This document shows positions 35,241 to 44,982 of a stretch of 64,000 nucleotides of DNA, in pieces. Source of the DNA: an uncultured Solirubrobacterales bacterium (GTDB lineage: Bacteria; Actinomycetota; Thermoleophilia; Solirubrobacterales; Solirubrobacteraceae); assembly GCA_963744525.1 (NCBI GenBank), contig CAVUTV010000015.1:16624-80623 (forward strand), read 5' to 3'. Position 1 is the first letter of the stretch; each line of letters starts with the position of its first letter. A model generated the notes under the pieces. It was not told the DNA's origin. It made no database searches and saw only the letters and a list, made by a program, of their open reading frames with translations. The translations under genes were made by a program, and so were the position numbers.

Positions 35241-36950
35241 GTGTCCGGAATCTCATATCGCGTACTGAAGTCCACCCTGGCCATCGCCGGAGCAGCGGCC
35301 GTCGCTGGCGGGCTGTCGCCCGCCGCGAGTGCGTCGAGCACGCGGTGGACGAACACCCACACGCAAGCTCTGCACCTTCGCGGAGCACTGCTCGGGCGCA
35401 CCTCGGCATCCCGGCGTCTGGAGATCAGCGCCGTCCTGCCGCTCCGCAACCGGGCCGCCGTCAACCGTCTGATCGAATCGCACACGATTCTCAGTCACGC
35501 ACAGGTGCTGGCCCGCTTCAGCCCCACCAGCTCCAGCGCGCGGACCGTCGCCCACTACCTGACCGAGCATGGGTTCAAGGACGTGACGATCTCCGGCAAC
35601 CGCCTGCTGGTCAGCGGCAAGGCCACCGTCGCGCAGGCCGATCGCGCGTTCAATACGACCATTGACAGCTACCGGCTGAACGGCCGCACGGTGTACGCCA
35701 ACGTGCGACCTGCTCGCGTGCCGGCCGCGCTCAGCAGCCATGTCCACGCGGTGCTGGGACTGTCGGACGTTCCGATCGGGACCCCCAAGCTGAGCGCAAC
35801 CTCGACGCCCGACCTGTCGGGATTCACGCCCAAGGCGGTGGCCAAGGCCTACGACGACGCCTCGATGGCCGCGGCCACGCGGACCACGGTGGCCGTCATC
35901 GCCAGCGGCAGCATGACACCGATCATCGCCAACCTCCGCTATGCGGAGAAGAAGTTCGGGTTCCCACAGGCCAAGGTCAACGTCATCTACGACGGCCCCA
36001 AGGGGGGAATCGTGAACGGCAATCCGCTGACTGGGAACCTGGAGTGGGATCTGGACACCCAGTACTCGACGATGGTGCCCAAGAACGTCAAGGCACTCGA
36101 CATCTACGACATCGGCACGTTCACGGACTCCGAGGTCGCCCGCGGCTTCAACATGTTCGTCACCCAGGACCGAGCCAACCTGATGTCCGCCTCGCTGGGT
36201 GAATGCGACTACATCGCCTTCCTCGACGGCGCGATGGTGACCACCGACGAGGTGCTGGCCGAAGGCGCCCTGCAGGGCCAGAGCACGTTCGCCTCCACCG
36301 GCGACAACGGCTATGCCTGCCCGGAAGGGGCCTCGACCGGCGTCCCGGAGGGTCCTCCCGGCGACAGCTGGCCGTCGGACGGCTACTACACGACCGGGGT
36401 GGGCGGAACCACGCTGCTGGCTGATTCCAGCGGCAATGTCCAGAACGAGATCGCCTGGATCGGCGGCGGCGGTGGCATCTCGCCTTGGGAGGCGGCCCCG
36501 CCCTGGACTCTGCAGGCCAACGGTGTCGGACAGAGCTGGGAGTACACGAACCAGGGCGGGCGCTCGGTGCCCGACGTGGCTGCGGTGGCGGACTCCAACA
36601 CGCCGGTGCTCGTGTACGGCTCCACCAGCGGGTCTCCCTCGGGAGTGGGTGGTACCAGCGTCGCCAGCCCGGTGACGATGGGCCTGTTCGCCTCGGTGCA
36701 GTCGGCGCACCGCAACCGTCTGGGGCTCGCGTCCTACGACTTCTACCGGCTGTACAACAAGACCAACCCGGCCACGGTGGTGAGCGGACCGCTCGGTCCC
36801 ACCTACCTGCCCGCCGCCAACCCGGCGCCGGTGAAGGGATTCCGCGATATCACGCTAGGCACCAACGGTGGCTGCGTGGCTCGCGCGGGCTACGACTACT
36901 GCACGGGCATTGGCTCGTTGCAGTCGGCAGCGCTGTCCGGAGCTCTATAG
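35241..36950 (+). CDS. Secreted S53 peptidase (sedolisin/kumamolisin-like) with prodomain
   Basis: Signal peptide and prodomain; EWDLD, STGDNG, PDVAA, GGTSVASP, DITLGTNG...GYDYCTGIGS. Confidence 0.93.
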   Translation: MSGISYRVLKSTLAIAGAAAVAGGLSPAASASSTRWTNTHTQALHLRGALLGRTSASRRLEISAVLPLRNRAAVNRLIESHTILSHAQVLARFSPTSSSARTVAHYLTEHGFKDVTISGNRLLVSGKATVAQADRAFNTTIDSYRLNGRTVYANVRPARVPAALSSHVHAVLGLSDVPIGTPKLSATSTPDLSGFTPKAVAKAYDDASMAAATRTTVAVIASGSMTPIIANLRYAEKKFGFPQAKVNVIYDGPKGGIVNGNPLTGNLEWDLDTQYSTMVPKNVKALDIYDIGTFTDSEVARGFNMFVTQDRANLMSASLGECDYIAFLDGAMVTTDEVLAEGALQGQSTFASTGDNGYACPEGASTGVPEGPPGDSWPSDGYYTTGVGGTTLLADSSGNVQNEIAWIGGGGGISPWEAAPPWTLQANGVGQSWEYTNQGGRSVPDVAAVADSNTPVLVYGSTSGSPSGVGGTSVASPVTMGLFASVQSAHRNRLGLASYDFYRLYNKTNPATVVSGPLGPTYLPAANPAPVKGFRDITLGTNGGCVARAGYDYCTGIGSLQSAALSGAL

Positions 36951-36997
36951 GAGGCGTCGATCCGGACGTGCGCCCGTAGACGGCGCTGATGGTCGGG

Positions 36998-37034
36998 GAG
37001 GGTGGCCCGGTCCCAATGTGACCGGGCCACCCTC
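36998..37034. terminator. Bidirectional hairpin terminator
   Basis: GAGGGTGGCCCGGTC-7nt-GACCGGGCCACCCTC perfect 15-bp stem between convergent genes. Confidence 0.8.
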
Positions 37035-37050
37035 GCGCCGTCCTCCCAGT

Positions 37051-37087
37051 CGGACACGACCGGCCCAGCCGGACACGACCGGCCCAG
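37051..37087 (+). repeat. Tandem 18-bp direct repeat (19-bp period)
   Basis: CGGACACGACCGGCCCAG at 37051 and 37070. Confidence 0.8.
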
Positions 37088-37098
37088 GCCGCAGCTGC

Positions 37099-37785
37099 TC
37101 AACCCACTGGCTGAGAAGGCGAATCGGCTGTATCGAGCCGGTAGCCCACGCCACGCAGCGTGGTGATCCGGATAGCCGGTCCGAGCTTGCGGCGGAGGGA
37201 GGCGACGTGGACATCCACGGTCTTAGCCGTCGTGGCGGTATCACCCCAGACCAGGGCAAGCAGCTGATGCCGCGTGTGGATGCGGCCTTCGTAGCTGAGA
37301 AGCGCGCCGAGGAGATCGAACTCACGCGGGGTCAGGGTCACGTCGAGACCACGGCACAGGCACCGCCGGGTGTCCAGATCGATCTGCACTGGACCGGAGC
37401 GCAGGACGCTGGCCCCAGTGCGAAACGCTCTAGCGCGCCTCACCACGGCACGGATCCGCGCCGCCACCTGCCCCGCCGAGTAGGTCCCGGCCAGGTAGTC
37501 GTCGGCGCCGGCCTCAAGACCCGCGATCCCGGGACGTTCCCCGGCGCGGCCCGTAAGCAGGATGATCGGAACCGTCGATTCTCGACGCACCCGGCGCACC
37601 AGCTCGAGGCCGTCGATCTCGGGCAGGCTGAGATCGATCAGAGCCACGTCGACACCGGCGCTCCGCAGATGGGACAGGGCCTCCAGACCATCGGCGGCCT
37701 CCATCACCTGCAACCCCTGTTCCCTCAGCCCGGCACTAAGCGCTCGTCGTCGCTCCGGGTTCCCGGCCGCCACCAGCGCCCGCAT
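37099..37785 (-). CDS. OmpR-family response regulator (atypical receiver)
   Basis: IDLSLPEIDG, GLEAGADDY, LTPREFDLL, VDVHVASLRRKL, TLRGVGYRL. Confidence 0.88.
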   Translation of the reverse strand: MRALVAAGNPERRRALSAGLREQGLQVMEAADGLEALSHLRSAGVDVALIDLSLPEIDGLELVRRVRRESTVPIILLTGRAGERPGIAGLEAGADDYLAGTYSAGQVAARIRAVVRRARAFRTGASVLRSGPVQIDLDTRRCLCRGLDVTLTPREFDLLGALLSYEGRIHTRHQLLALVWGDTATTAKTVDVHVASLRRKLGPAIRITTLRGVGYRLDTADSPSQPVG

Positions 37786-37904
37786 CCCGCCCCAGCACAC
37801 CTCTCAGGCCTCACTCACCGCCATCGTCTCGCCATGGCGGGTAGCGTGATGATGGCCTCACCAGCCGTGGCAATCGCGGACGTGGCCCACGCCGCGCCCC
37901 CAGT

Positions 37905-38861
37905 TCAGCCCAGCGTCGCATCGACGGCCACGGCGACGAACAACAGTGCCAGGTAAAGCAGCGAGTAGTGAAAGACGATGCTGGCGGCGGCCGCCGTGCG
38001 CCGGTGCCACAGCCGCCAGGCCAGCACGGCGAACACAGCGCCGAGGCTGACCGCTGCGCCCAGGTAGATGGCTCCGAAGGTGCCGGTCAGGACCGGAAGC
38101 AGCGACACCGCCAGGAGCAGGAGCGTGTAAGCCAACACTTGACGAGCGGTGGCCTGAGAGCCCTTGACCACCGGCAGCATGGGGACGTCGGCGGCCTCGT
38201 AGTGGCGTTTGAGCAGCAGCGCCAGCGCCCAGAAGTGCGGGGGGGTCCAGACCAGCACGATGGCGAACAGAAGCCATGCGCCAAGGCCCAGCTGACCGTT
38301 GGCCGCTGCCCAGCCGGACAGCACGGGCATCGCGCCCGCGGCCCCACCGATGACGATGTTCTGCGTGGTGCTGCGCTTGAGCCAGACCGTGTAGATCAGC
38401 ACGTAGTAGACGCCGCCGGCCATCGCCAGCACGGCCGCCAGCAGATTCGTGAACGCAATCAGGGTGAGGAACGAGAGGGCTGAGAGCAGCAGCCCGAAGA
38501 CCACCGCTCGCCTGGGCGAGATGCGCCCGGCAGCGACCGGACGCGAAGCTGTCCGCTGTCCCATCAGGCGATCGATGTCCCGATCGAACACGTGATTCAG
38601 AGCGCTGGCCCCTCCGCAGGCGAGCGCACCTCCGACCACGAGCGCGAGCAACGCCCCAGCATCAGGTCGGCCGCCCGCGGCAGCCACCATCGCGCAAACG
38701 GCGGTCAGCACCAGCAGGGACATGATCCGGGGCTTGGTCAGCGTGAGATAGTCACGCCAAAGCGCCGGCCCCGGCAGTGGGGACGTGGCGGCCGGCAGCG
38801 CGTCCGCCGGAACGGTGCTCGGCGTGTGTAGTGGCTCGGCCAGGGGGTTGGTGACAGCCAT
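37905..38861 (-). CDS. ctaB: Protoheme IX farnesyltransferase (heme o synthase)
   Basis: LTKPRIM, DRDIDRLM.RT..RP, YT.WLKR.T.QNIVIGGAAGA, WTPPHFWAL. Confidence 0.95.
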   Translation of the reverse strand: MAVTNPLAEPLHTPSTVPADALPAATSPLPGPALWRDYLTLTKPRIMSLLVLTAVCAMVAAAGGRPDAGALLALVVGGALACGGASALNHVFDRDIDRLMGQRTASRPVAAGRISPRRAVVFGLLLSALSFLTLIAFTNLLAAVLAMAGGVYYVLIYTVWLKRSTTQNIVIGGAAGAMPVLSGWAAANGQLGLGAWLLFAIVLVWTPPHFWALALLLKRHYEAADVPMLPVVKGSQATARQVLAYTLLLLAVSLLPVLTGTFGAIYLGAAVSLGAVFAVLAWRLWHRRTAAAASIVFHYSLLYLALLFVAVAVDATLG

Positions 38862-38866
38862 GCGGT

Positions 38867-39604
38867 CTACTCCCGTGGAGCGGCCAGGCTCCGCAGATCG
38901 TGAGTCACGAAGTTGGGCGCAAACGGATACAGGTAGGCCGAACGCTCGAAGCCGCGGCGGTCGATCAAGTACACGGCCTCGGTGTGGGCGATGTCGCCGT
39001 TGACCTTCGGCCCGACGTAGATGTGGTAGGCGCGCCACGCCGCAGCCAGTTGTCGATGGGTGCCCATCAGCCAGTACCACGGGGCGACCCCGGCAAGCCC
39101 CCAGGAGCGGATCGCCTGCCGCACGCTGGCCTGCGTGTCCTGAGGATTGACGCTCACCGCCACCAGCACCGGGCGCTGCGCTGCGGGCAAGCCACGCTCC
39201 GCGGCCGCCAGCGCGTGGCCCTCCAGCGGGCACTCCTGTTTGCAGTGGGAGTCGAAGAACACCATGGCCACGGTGCGGCCGTGCAGCGAGGCGAGCGAGA
39301 AGTGGTGGCCGCTCTGATCAGCCAGGGTCGTGATCTGAGGGGCTGGACGAGCGCCGGCCGCCCACGTCGCCTGCCCGTCCAGCCCGTACCGGTGGGGTGT
39401 ACCGGGGATCGCTGCGACGCGGCCCTGCGAGGCCCGGAGACCGTTGCCGAGGGCCAGGCCGCCGGCGATGGCAGCGGCGACGCAGAGCGCTGCGGCCAAA
39501 CCGCCCAGCGCGAAGCGCGCGGGCCGGCGATGTCGGGGCCTAGGCTCCTTCCCGAATCCGCCCCGGCTGGTCCGCGTCCCCAGAACGGCCCCCGGGTCCA
39601 TCAC
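38867..39604 (-). CDS. SCO family copper chaperone
   Basis: FFDSHCKQECP (CxxxC), VSVNPQDT, IAHTEAVYLID. Confidence 0.9.
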   Translation of the reverse strand: MMDPGAVLGTRTSRGGFGKEPRPRHRRPARFALGGLAAALCVAAAIAGGLALGNGLRASQGRVAAIPGTPHRYGLDGQATWAAGARPAPQITTLADQSGHHFSLASLHGRTVAMVFFDSHCKQECPLEGHALAAAERGLPAAQRPVLVAVSVNPQDTQASVRQAIRSWGLAGVAPWYWLMGTHRQLAAAWRAYHIYVGPKVNGDIAHTEAVYLIDRRGFERSAYLYPFAPNFVTHDLRSLAAPRE

Positions 39605-39834
39605 ACCTCCTTCAACGGTGGATCTCCGGTCGGCTGGTTGAGGGCCGTGGTCGGAGCTGCGGCCGGGGCTGCGTGCTCGGCCGCCGTGGCCCTGCGGGCC
39701 TGGCTGGCATCCCCGCCGGGGATACGCCTGATGTACCAGATCAGCAACGTAGCCAGCGTGATCAGGAGCAGGATCGGCAGCAACATCGAGAGCAGCGATC
39801 CAGCGAGGAAAGTGGCGATCGGGAGCAGGTTCAT
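39601..39834 (-). CDS. Small single-TM protein in the oxidase operon
   Basis: Hydrophobic N-terminus; stop overlaps the SCO start. Confidence 0.65.
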   Translation of the reverse strand: MNLLPIATFLAGSLLSMLLPILLLITLATLLIWYIRRIPGGDASQARRATAAEHAAPAAAPTTALNQPTGDPPLKEV

Positions 39835-39847
39835 GCGCGTCTCTCTC

Positions 39848-40753
39848 TCAGGTGGTGATGACGGCCGGAGGCGCCGGCTGTGGCCGGTCGGGTCCCAGGA
39901 CGGGCTCGGGCTCGGGCGCGGGCGGATGCGGGCCGGGCTGCACCCGCGCGCGTTCCGGCTTGGCGCGGTCGGGCTCGAGCCAGCGCCAGAAGGCGAGGAA
40001 GGCGGCGATCGTGAAGGAGATCGAGCCGGGCACCCACATCATCCCCCCCGCCAGCTGCTGGTCGGTCATCGCGCTGATTCCGCCCGGCCGGTGAGCGAGT
40101 GCGGCGTAGTGCCCGTACAGCGGATGTTGGACGACGACCAGGACGATCGCCAACACCCAGCTAACGACCATCGCGCCAACCACGTAGCCGACCCGTGCGA
40201 CCCAGCCGAGACGGTGGCGCAGGGGCCCCGGATTGACGACATGAGCCCAGAACAACAGTCCTGTGAAGAAGAACATCGCGTGCTCGCAGTTGTGGATCGG
40301 CTGCGAGTTGAGCGTGGCGTTGTATGCGGCCGGGATGTGCCACACGACGATCGTGGCGTTGAACAGGATCCAGGCGGGGATCGGCCGAGCCAGGGCCCTC
40401 AACGGCGCCGTCCACTTCGCCTTGGCCAGGTAACGCCCGGTCCTGACCCGCGCCCGCATCGGCAGCGCCCGCCACATCCGCGGCCACGGCCGGCCGAGCA
40501 GGATCAGAGGCGGCGCCACAGTCAGCAGCAAGATGTGCTGGATCATGTGCACCCAGAACAGCTGGTCCGCGTAGGCGTCGATCGGCGAGTCGAGGGCGAG
40601 GACGATGGTGGCCAGACCAGCGGCAAAGACAACCGGCCGCCAGGGCTCGGTGTGAGCCGTGCGGTACTGGCGGCGCCCCCCCAGCCAATACAGAAGCGCG
40701 GCCGGGATGACGTAGATCAGAGAGGGGTCAAGCGACCAGGCCGTCCAGTCCAT
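39848..40753 (-). CDS. Cytochrome c oxidase assembly factor CtaG-like
   Basis: SPIDAYADQLFWVHMIQHILL..VAPPL, WHIP, H..EH, DQQLAG.MMWVPG. Confidence 0.9.
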   Translation of the reverse strand: MDWTAWSLDPSLIYVIPAALLYWLGGRRQYRTAHTEPWRPVVFAAGLATIVLALDSPIDAYADQLFWVHMIQHILLLTVAPPLILLGRPWPRMWRALPMRARVRTGRYLAKAKWTAPLRALARPIPAWILFNATIVVWHIPAAYNATLNSQPIHNCEHAMFFFTGLLFWAHVVNPGPLRHRLGWVARVGYVVGAMVVSWVLAIVLVVVQHPLYGHYAALAHRPGGISAMTDQQLAGGMMWVPGSISFTIAAFLAFWRWLEPDRAKPERARVQPGPHPPAPEPEPVLGPDRPQPAPPAVITT

Positions 40754-40766
40754 GGTCAGCCCACCA

Positions 40767-41405
40767 CTAGAGGAGGTAGAGGATCACCCAGGTGACGAAA
40801 CCGATCGCCACGAAGTACGCCCAGTAGAAGGAGCAGGCCTCGATGCCGGACTGAATCAGGGCCTCATCGTGGGCCGGCACGCCTTCCCGGACGTCGCGGG
40901 TCACGCCCTCACGCCCGACCCGCCACATGCTTGCCGCTTGAATCTCGACCCACACCAAGCCGAACAGCGCGAACAGGGCGTACAGAGTCGTCCAGCCCAC
41001 GAACACACTCGCGTAGCCGCCGCTGGAGGGACCAAAACCCAGGGTGGTGTACTCGATGCACTGCAGGATGACGGCGGCCAGGCCCAGGACCACGGCAGCG
41101 AAGGCGCTCAGCAGCGTCCGCGCCGGCCGGCCGCGCCCGAGACGGAAGACCACGCCGCTGAGGACGAACAGGACCATGATCGCGGTGCCCAGTCCGATCG
41201 ACGGGCTCACATGGGCGCCCATCTTCCAGCCTTTGTCCGGGTCGAGCGAACGCAGGTAGAAGTAGGCGAAAACGAACGAGATGAAGAAGAACGAGATCGA
41301 GCCGCACAGGAGCCGTGCATTCAGCCACAGCGCCCGCGGCTGCCAGCCGGGTGGCTCCGGTTCGATACCGGGGTGAAGTGGCGCCGAGGCGGCGGAGTAC
41401 TCCAT
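40767..41405 (-). CDS. Cytochrome c oxidase subunit III (short form)
   Basis: FF..F.FAYFYLR, Q.IEY..LGF....GGYASVF.GWT, YWAYFV. Confidence 0.8.
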   Translation of the reverse strand: MEYSAASAPLHPGIEPEPPGWQPRALWLNARLLCGSISFFFISFVFAYFYLRSLDPDKGWKMGAHVSPSIGLGTAIMVLFVLSGVVFRLGRGRPARTLLSAFAAVVLGLAAVILQCIEYTTLGFGPSSGGYASVFVGWTTLYALFALFGLVWVEIQAASMWRVGREGVTRDVREGVPAHDEALIQSGIEACSFYWAYFVAIGFVTWVILYLL

Positions 41406-41407
41406 TG

Positions 41408-43309
41408 CTACGCACCTCCCCCGGCCGGTGTCATGGCGGGCGATGCAGCCGGCTCGATCCCGTAGGGATAGGGATCCGGGCCGAACTCCGGAACCTTGTC
41501 GAAGTCGTGCACGGGGACGGGTGTGGGCAGCTGCCATTCCACCGATTTCGAGTGCCACGGATTCGCGTCGGCTACCTCACGCTTGAACATCAGCGAGTAG
41601 ATGACATTGACCAGGAAGACGAGCATCGACAGTCCCAGAACGTACGCGCTGGCCGATACCCAGTCGTTGAGGCCCTGCAGGTTCGCCGCGTAGGTGACCA
41701 CCCGTCGCGGCATACCTAGGAAGCCGAGGGCGAACAGCGGCGCGAACGTCGAGTTGAAGGCCAGGAACATCCCCCAGAAATGGATCTTGCCCAGGCGCTC
41801 GTTGAAGTTGAAGCCGAACATCTTCGGGCCCCAGTAGTAGATGGCCGCGAAGAACGTGAACACGAGGCCGCCCATGATCGTGTAGTGGAAGTGGGCCATC
41901 GAGAAGAAGCTGCCGTGCGTGGTCACGTCGCTCGGCACGTCGGACAGCAACACGCCGGAGATGCCGCCGAACAGGAAGTTGAACGCCCAGCCCATGCAGA
42001 ACAACATCGGCACCGTGAAGCGAATACGACCCCGCCACAGCGTGCCCATCAGACACAGGAAGGTGAAGCCGGTCGGCAGCGAGATCAGCTCCGTGGACAG
42101 CATGTAGAACGGCCGGAGATCGGCATCGATGCCGCTCACGAACAGGTGGTGCTGCCAAACGAAGAAGCTGAGCAGCGCCACCCCGAGCATCCCGGCCACG
42201 GCCAGGCGGTAGCCCCACAGCGGCTTGCGGGCGAAAACCGGGACCAGTTCGAGGACGATCCCGAACCCAGGAATGGCAAGGATGTACACCTCCGGGTGAC
42301 CGAAGACCCAGAAGAGATTCTGGAACAGGTAGGCCGAGCCACCGTTGCTGGCAATGAAGAAGGCTGTCTGCGCCGTGCGGTCCAGCGTGGCCATCAGCAG
42401 CGTCGCGATCAGCATCGGCGCGGCCAGGAACATCAGCGCGCCGGTGGCCATCACGGCCCAGCAGAAGATCGGGAGCCGGGACCAGGTCATCCCCGGCGCT
42501 CGCATAGTGATGATCGTGGCCACCAGGTTGAGACCGAGCAGCGTCATCGACACGCCGACCAGCGCGAAGAAGCAGATGTAACAGTCGTAGCCTGCGGTGC
42601 CCTGATCACCCAGTGGCTGGTAACCGGTCCAGCCGGTCTGGAAGCCGCCCCAGAAGATCGTTGTGATCAGGATCACGCCGGCCGCCATCAGCAGCCAGAA
42701 GGTGAACGACTCGACGCGTGGGAACGCCATGCGGCGGGCGCCGATCATCGGTGGCACCACCCAGTTGGCGAATGGCCCGAGGATCCCCGAGGTCATCATC
42801 CCCATCATCATCGTGCCGTGAATACCGACCACCGTCAGGTACTGGTTGGGCCCGAACACGTGATTGTTGGGCTGCAGCAGCTCGGTACGGATGAACATCG
42901 CGTTGATGCCGCCGACGAAGAAGAACAGCCCGATGCCACACAGGTACTGGATGGCCACCACCTTGTGATCGGTGCAGAGGCGGAGATAGCGGCCGATGCC
43001 CTCGCCCTCGCTCTCATGCTCGGCCAGCGTCGGCGGGTGGCCCAACATGCGCCTTATCGGATAGTTGAGAAAGCCGAGCCCGATCAGGAAGCCGAGTACT
43101 CCGCATGCGTAGCCGCACACGATCGCGATGTCGTTCTGGCCGGCCTCGGCCGAGTAGTAGGCGAGGCTGGGAGCGCTGGCGCGGCCCCCGATGAAGTAGC
43201 CCAGGAACCAGCCACCGATGCCCAGCACGATCCCGGTGAAGACGTTGAAACCGATCAACCGCCGCCAAGCCGGAGCGCGGGCAGGTCCTGCTACGGCAAC
43301 TGTGGTCAT
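41408..43309 (-). CDS. ctaD: Heme-copper oxidase subunit I
   Basis: TDHK, HGT.M, GWTGY.PL, GHPEVY, WQHH, AHFHY, GMPRR; extra N-terminal TM helices. Confidence 0.95.
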   Translation of the reverse strand: MTTVAVAGPARAPAWRRLIGFNVFTGIVLGIGGWFLGYFIGGRASAPSLAYYSAEAGQNDIAIVCGYACGVLGFLIGLGFLNYPIRRMLGHPPTLAEHESEGEGIGRYLRLCTDHKVVAIQYLCGIGLFFFVGGINAMFIRTELLQPNNHVFGPNQYLTVVGIHGTMMMGMMTSGILGPFANWVVPPMIGARRMAFPRVESFTFWLLMAAGVILITTIFWGGFQTGWTGYQPLGDQGTAGYDCYICFFALVGVSMTLLGLNLVATIITMRAPGMTWSRLPIFCWAVMATGALMFLAAPMLIATLLMATLDRTAQTAFFIASNGGSAYLFQNLFWVFGHPEVYILAIPGFGIVLELVPVFARKPLWGYRLAVAGMLGVALLSFFVWQHHLFVSGIDADLRPFYMLSTELISLPTGFTFLCLMGTLWRGRIRFTVPMLFCMGWAFNFLFGGISGVLLSDVPSDVTTHGSFFSMAHFHYTIMGGLVFTFFAAIYYWGPKMFGFNFNERLGKIHFWGMFLAFNSTFAPLFALGFLGMPRRVVTYAANLQGLNDWVSASAYVLGLSMLVFLVNVIYSLMFKREVADANPWHSKSVEWQLPTPVPVHDFDKVPEFGPDPYPYGIEPAASPAMTPAGGGA

Positions 43310-44154
43310 CCTGCTCTCCTCGTCGGCGCCGGGAAGTACTGCTTGGCATAGGGCGGCAGCGTTTTGGTCGCCGGGGCGAACTGCTGCTGCTGCTGATGGA
43401 TCCAGGAAACGAATTGGCCCCTGGGCACCACCGCACCGGTGCTGTACATGTAGCCATGCCAGACGCCACACAGCTCTGCGCAGTGGACGTTGAACTTCAT
43501 CGGAGCCTTGGTGGTGACGTAGGCGATGTTGTCGATGCCCGGGTTGGCGTCGGCCTTGACCCCGAGCTGGTAGGCCCAGAACGAGTGGATCACGTCGAGC
43601 GAGGTGACGTGAAACTCGATCGTCGTGTTGGCGGGGATCTCCAGGGAATTGGTCTCGACTCCGCCATAGGCCGGGTAGCGATAGGTGAACATCCACTGCT
43701 GGGCGATCACCTGGACCTGAAGGAGCGGCCCGGTCTTCGCCGCCGCGGGAACGGCGATCGGATTCGGTCCCTGGCCACCGCCCGAGCCGTCAGCCAGAAG
43801 GCGGATGCTGCCGTACCCGGCCAGGAACAGGACCAGGATGGTCGAGGCGATCAGCCACCAGGTCTGAATCCGTGCGTCCCCACGGATCCCCGCGCCGTCC
43901 ACGACAGGCCCTGCCGGATTCCGCTCCCGGAAGGCCCAGAGGACGTACCCGAGGTACACGAGAACGCCAACTGCGATCGGCGTGGAGAGCCCGAGAAGCA
44001 CCGTGTTGTCCACGACCTGCCCGGATGACTGGACCGTTCCGTTCCCCGGGGGCATCCCCGGCGCCAGCACCAGGACGACCAGCAAGGTGAGGATCACGCT
44101 CAGGACGAACCAGATGACGGCGACCCGGCGGATGTGGTTTGTCTGGTCGTTCAT
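43306..44154 (-). CDS. ctaC: Cytochrome c oxidase subunit II (CuA)
   Basis: QQWMF.Y.Y, TSLDVIHSFW, CAELCGVWHGYM. Confidence 0.95.
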   Translation of the reverse strand: MNDQTNHIRRVAVIWFVLSVILTLLVVLVLAPGMPPGNGTVQSSGQVVDNTVLLGLSTPIAVGVLVYLGYVLWAFRERNPAGPVVDGAGIRGDARIQTWWLIASTILVLFLAGYGSIRLLADGSGGGQGPNPIAVPAAAKTGPLLQVQVIAQQWMFTYRYPAYGGVETNSLEIPANTTIEFHVTSLDVIHSFWAYQLGVKADANPGIDNIAYVTTKAPMKFNVHCAELCGVWHGYMYSTGAVVPRGQFVSWIHQQQQQFAPATKTLPPYAKQYFPAPTRRAG

Positions 44155-44163
44155 CCGCGCGGT

Positions 44164-44842
44164 CTAGACGACCTTGATGAATCCGTCCATATAGCCGACC
44201 GTCTGCATCGGTCCGCCGAAGCCCGAGATGTAGCCGGCGGCACAGGGGACGAAGCACTGCCAGCGGTACAGGCCCTTGGCGCCGGTGCGCATCGTGAAGG
44301 AGATCAGCTCGTGATCGTCGGCGTATCGAACAGGGAGCGTTAGCGCACGGGTTCTTGGCGTTGGCCGACACACCCGGGAGCGGAACCGACACGCCCAACT
44401 CCGGAATCGCGAACACGTGCGAGGCGTCGTCCGGATTGATCGCGTTCGTCGTCTTGCCGTTCAGCTGGAACGTTCCCCCGACCGTCCCGGTGGCCTGGGA
44501 GATGAACGGGTTGCGCAGGCCGGAGGCGCCGTCGTACTGGTAGATCGTGACGTGGACGAGGCTATGGGCCGGGAGTACATAGGTGGTGTCGTGTCGCCAG
44601 CCGGTCCGGTAATTGGCGTTACCGGGGTTGACGGCGTAGTAGGACACCCACGTCGGGTGCGGATCTGTGCCCTTGGCGCTGGGGACGACGGCCAGGTTGA
44701 GGCTGGTTCCGGCGGAGCTCTGCAGGGCCGAGGCCGATCCGGGACTGCTGGTCAGGAACACCGCGACGTAGAGCCCGATGGCCAGCCCGATGATGACCAG
44801 GCCCAACGTAACTCCGACCGCACGTTTGGCGTTCAAGCTCAA
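44164..44842 (-). CDS. Membrane-anchored cupredoxin-like protein (frameshift near 44325)
   Basis: N-terminal TM; LPAHSLVHVTIYQYD, SHVFAIP, GLYRWQCFVPC...GGPM...GYMDGFIKVV. Confidence 0.7.
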
Positions 44843-44896
44843 GTCTTATCTCCTCGGCCGGTGTTATACATTCGCGAAGAGAGAGCGGAGAGCAAG

Positions 44897-44934
44897 ATGA
44901 CGGCATTGTCATGTGCGCGTCATCTCCAGGTAAT
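44897..44934. promoter_or_regulatory. Candidate OmpR-family binding site (CusR-box-like IR plus 11-bp direct repeats)
   Basis: ATGAC-N6-GTCAT at 44897-44912; GTCAT/GTCAT/GTAAT at 44908, 44919, 44930. Confidence 0.55.
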
Positions 44935-44982
44935 CTGAACGGCGCGCGGCCGCGCTGCTCAGACCGGAGGGATACCGGGAAA

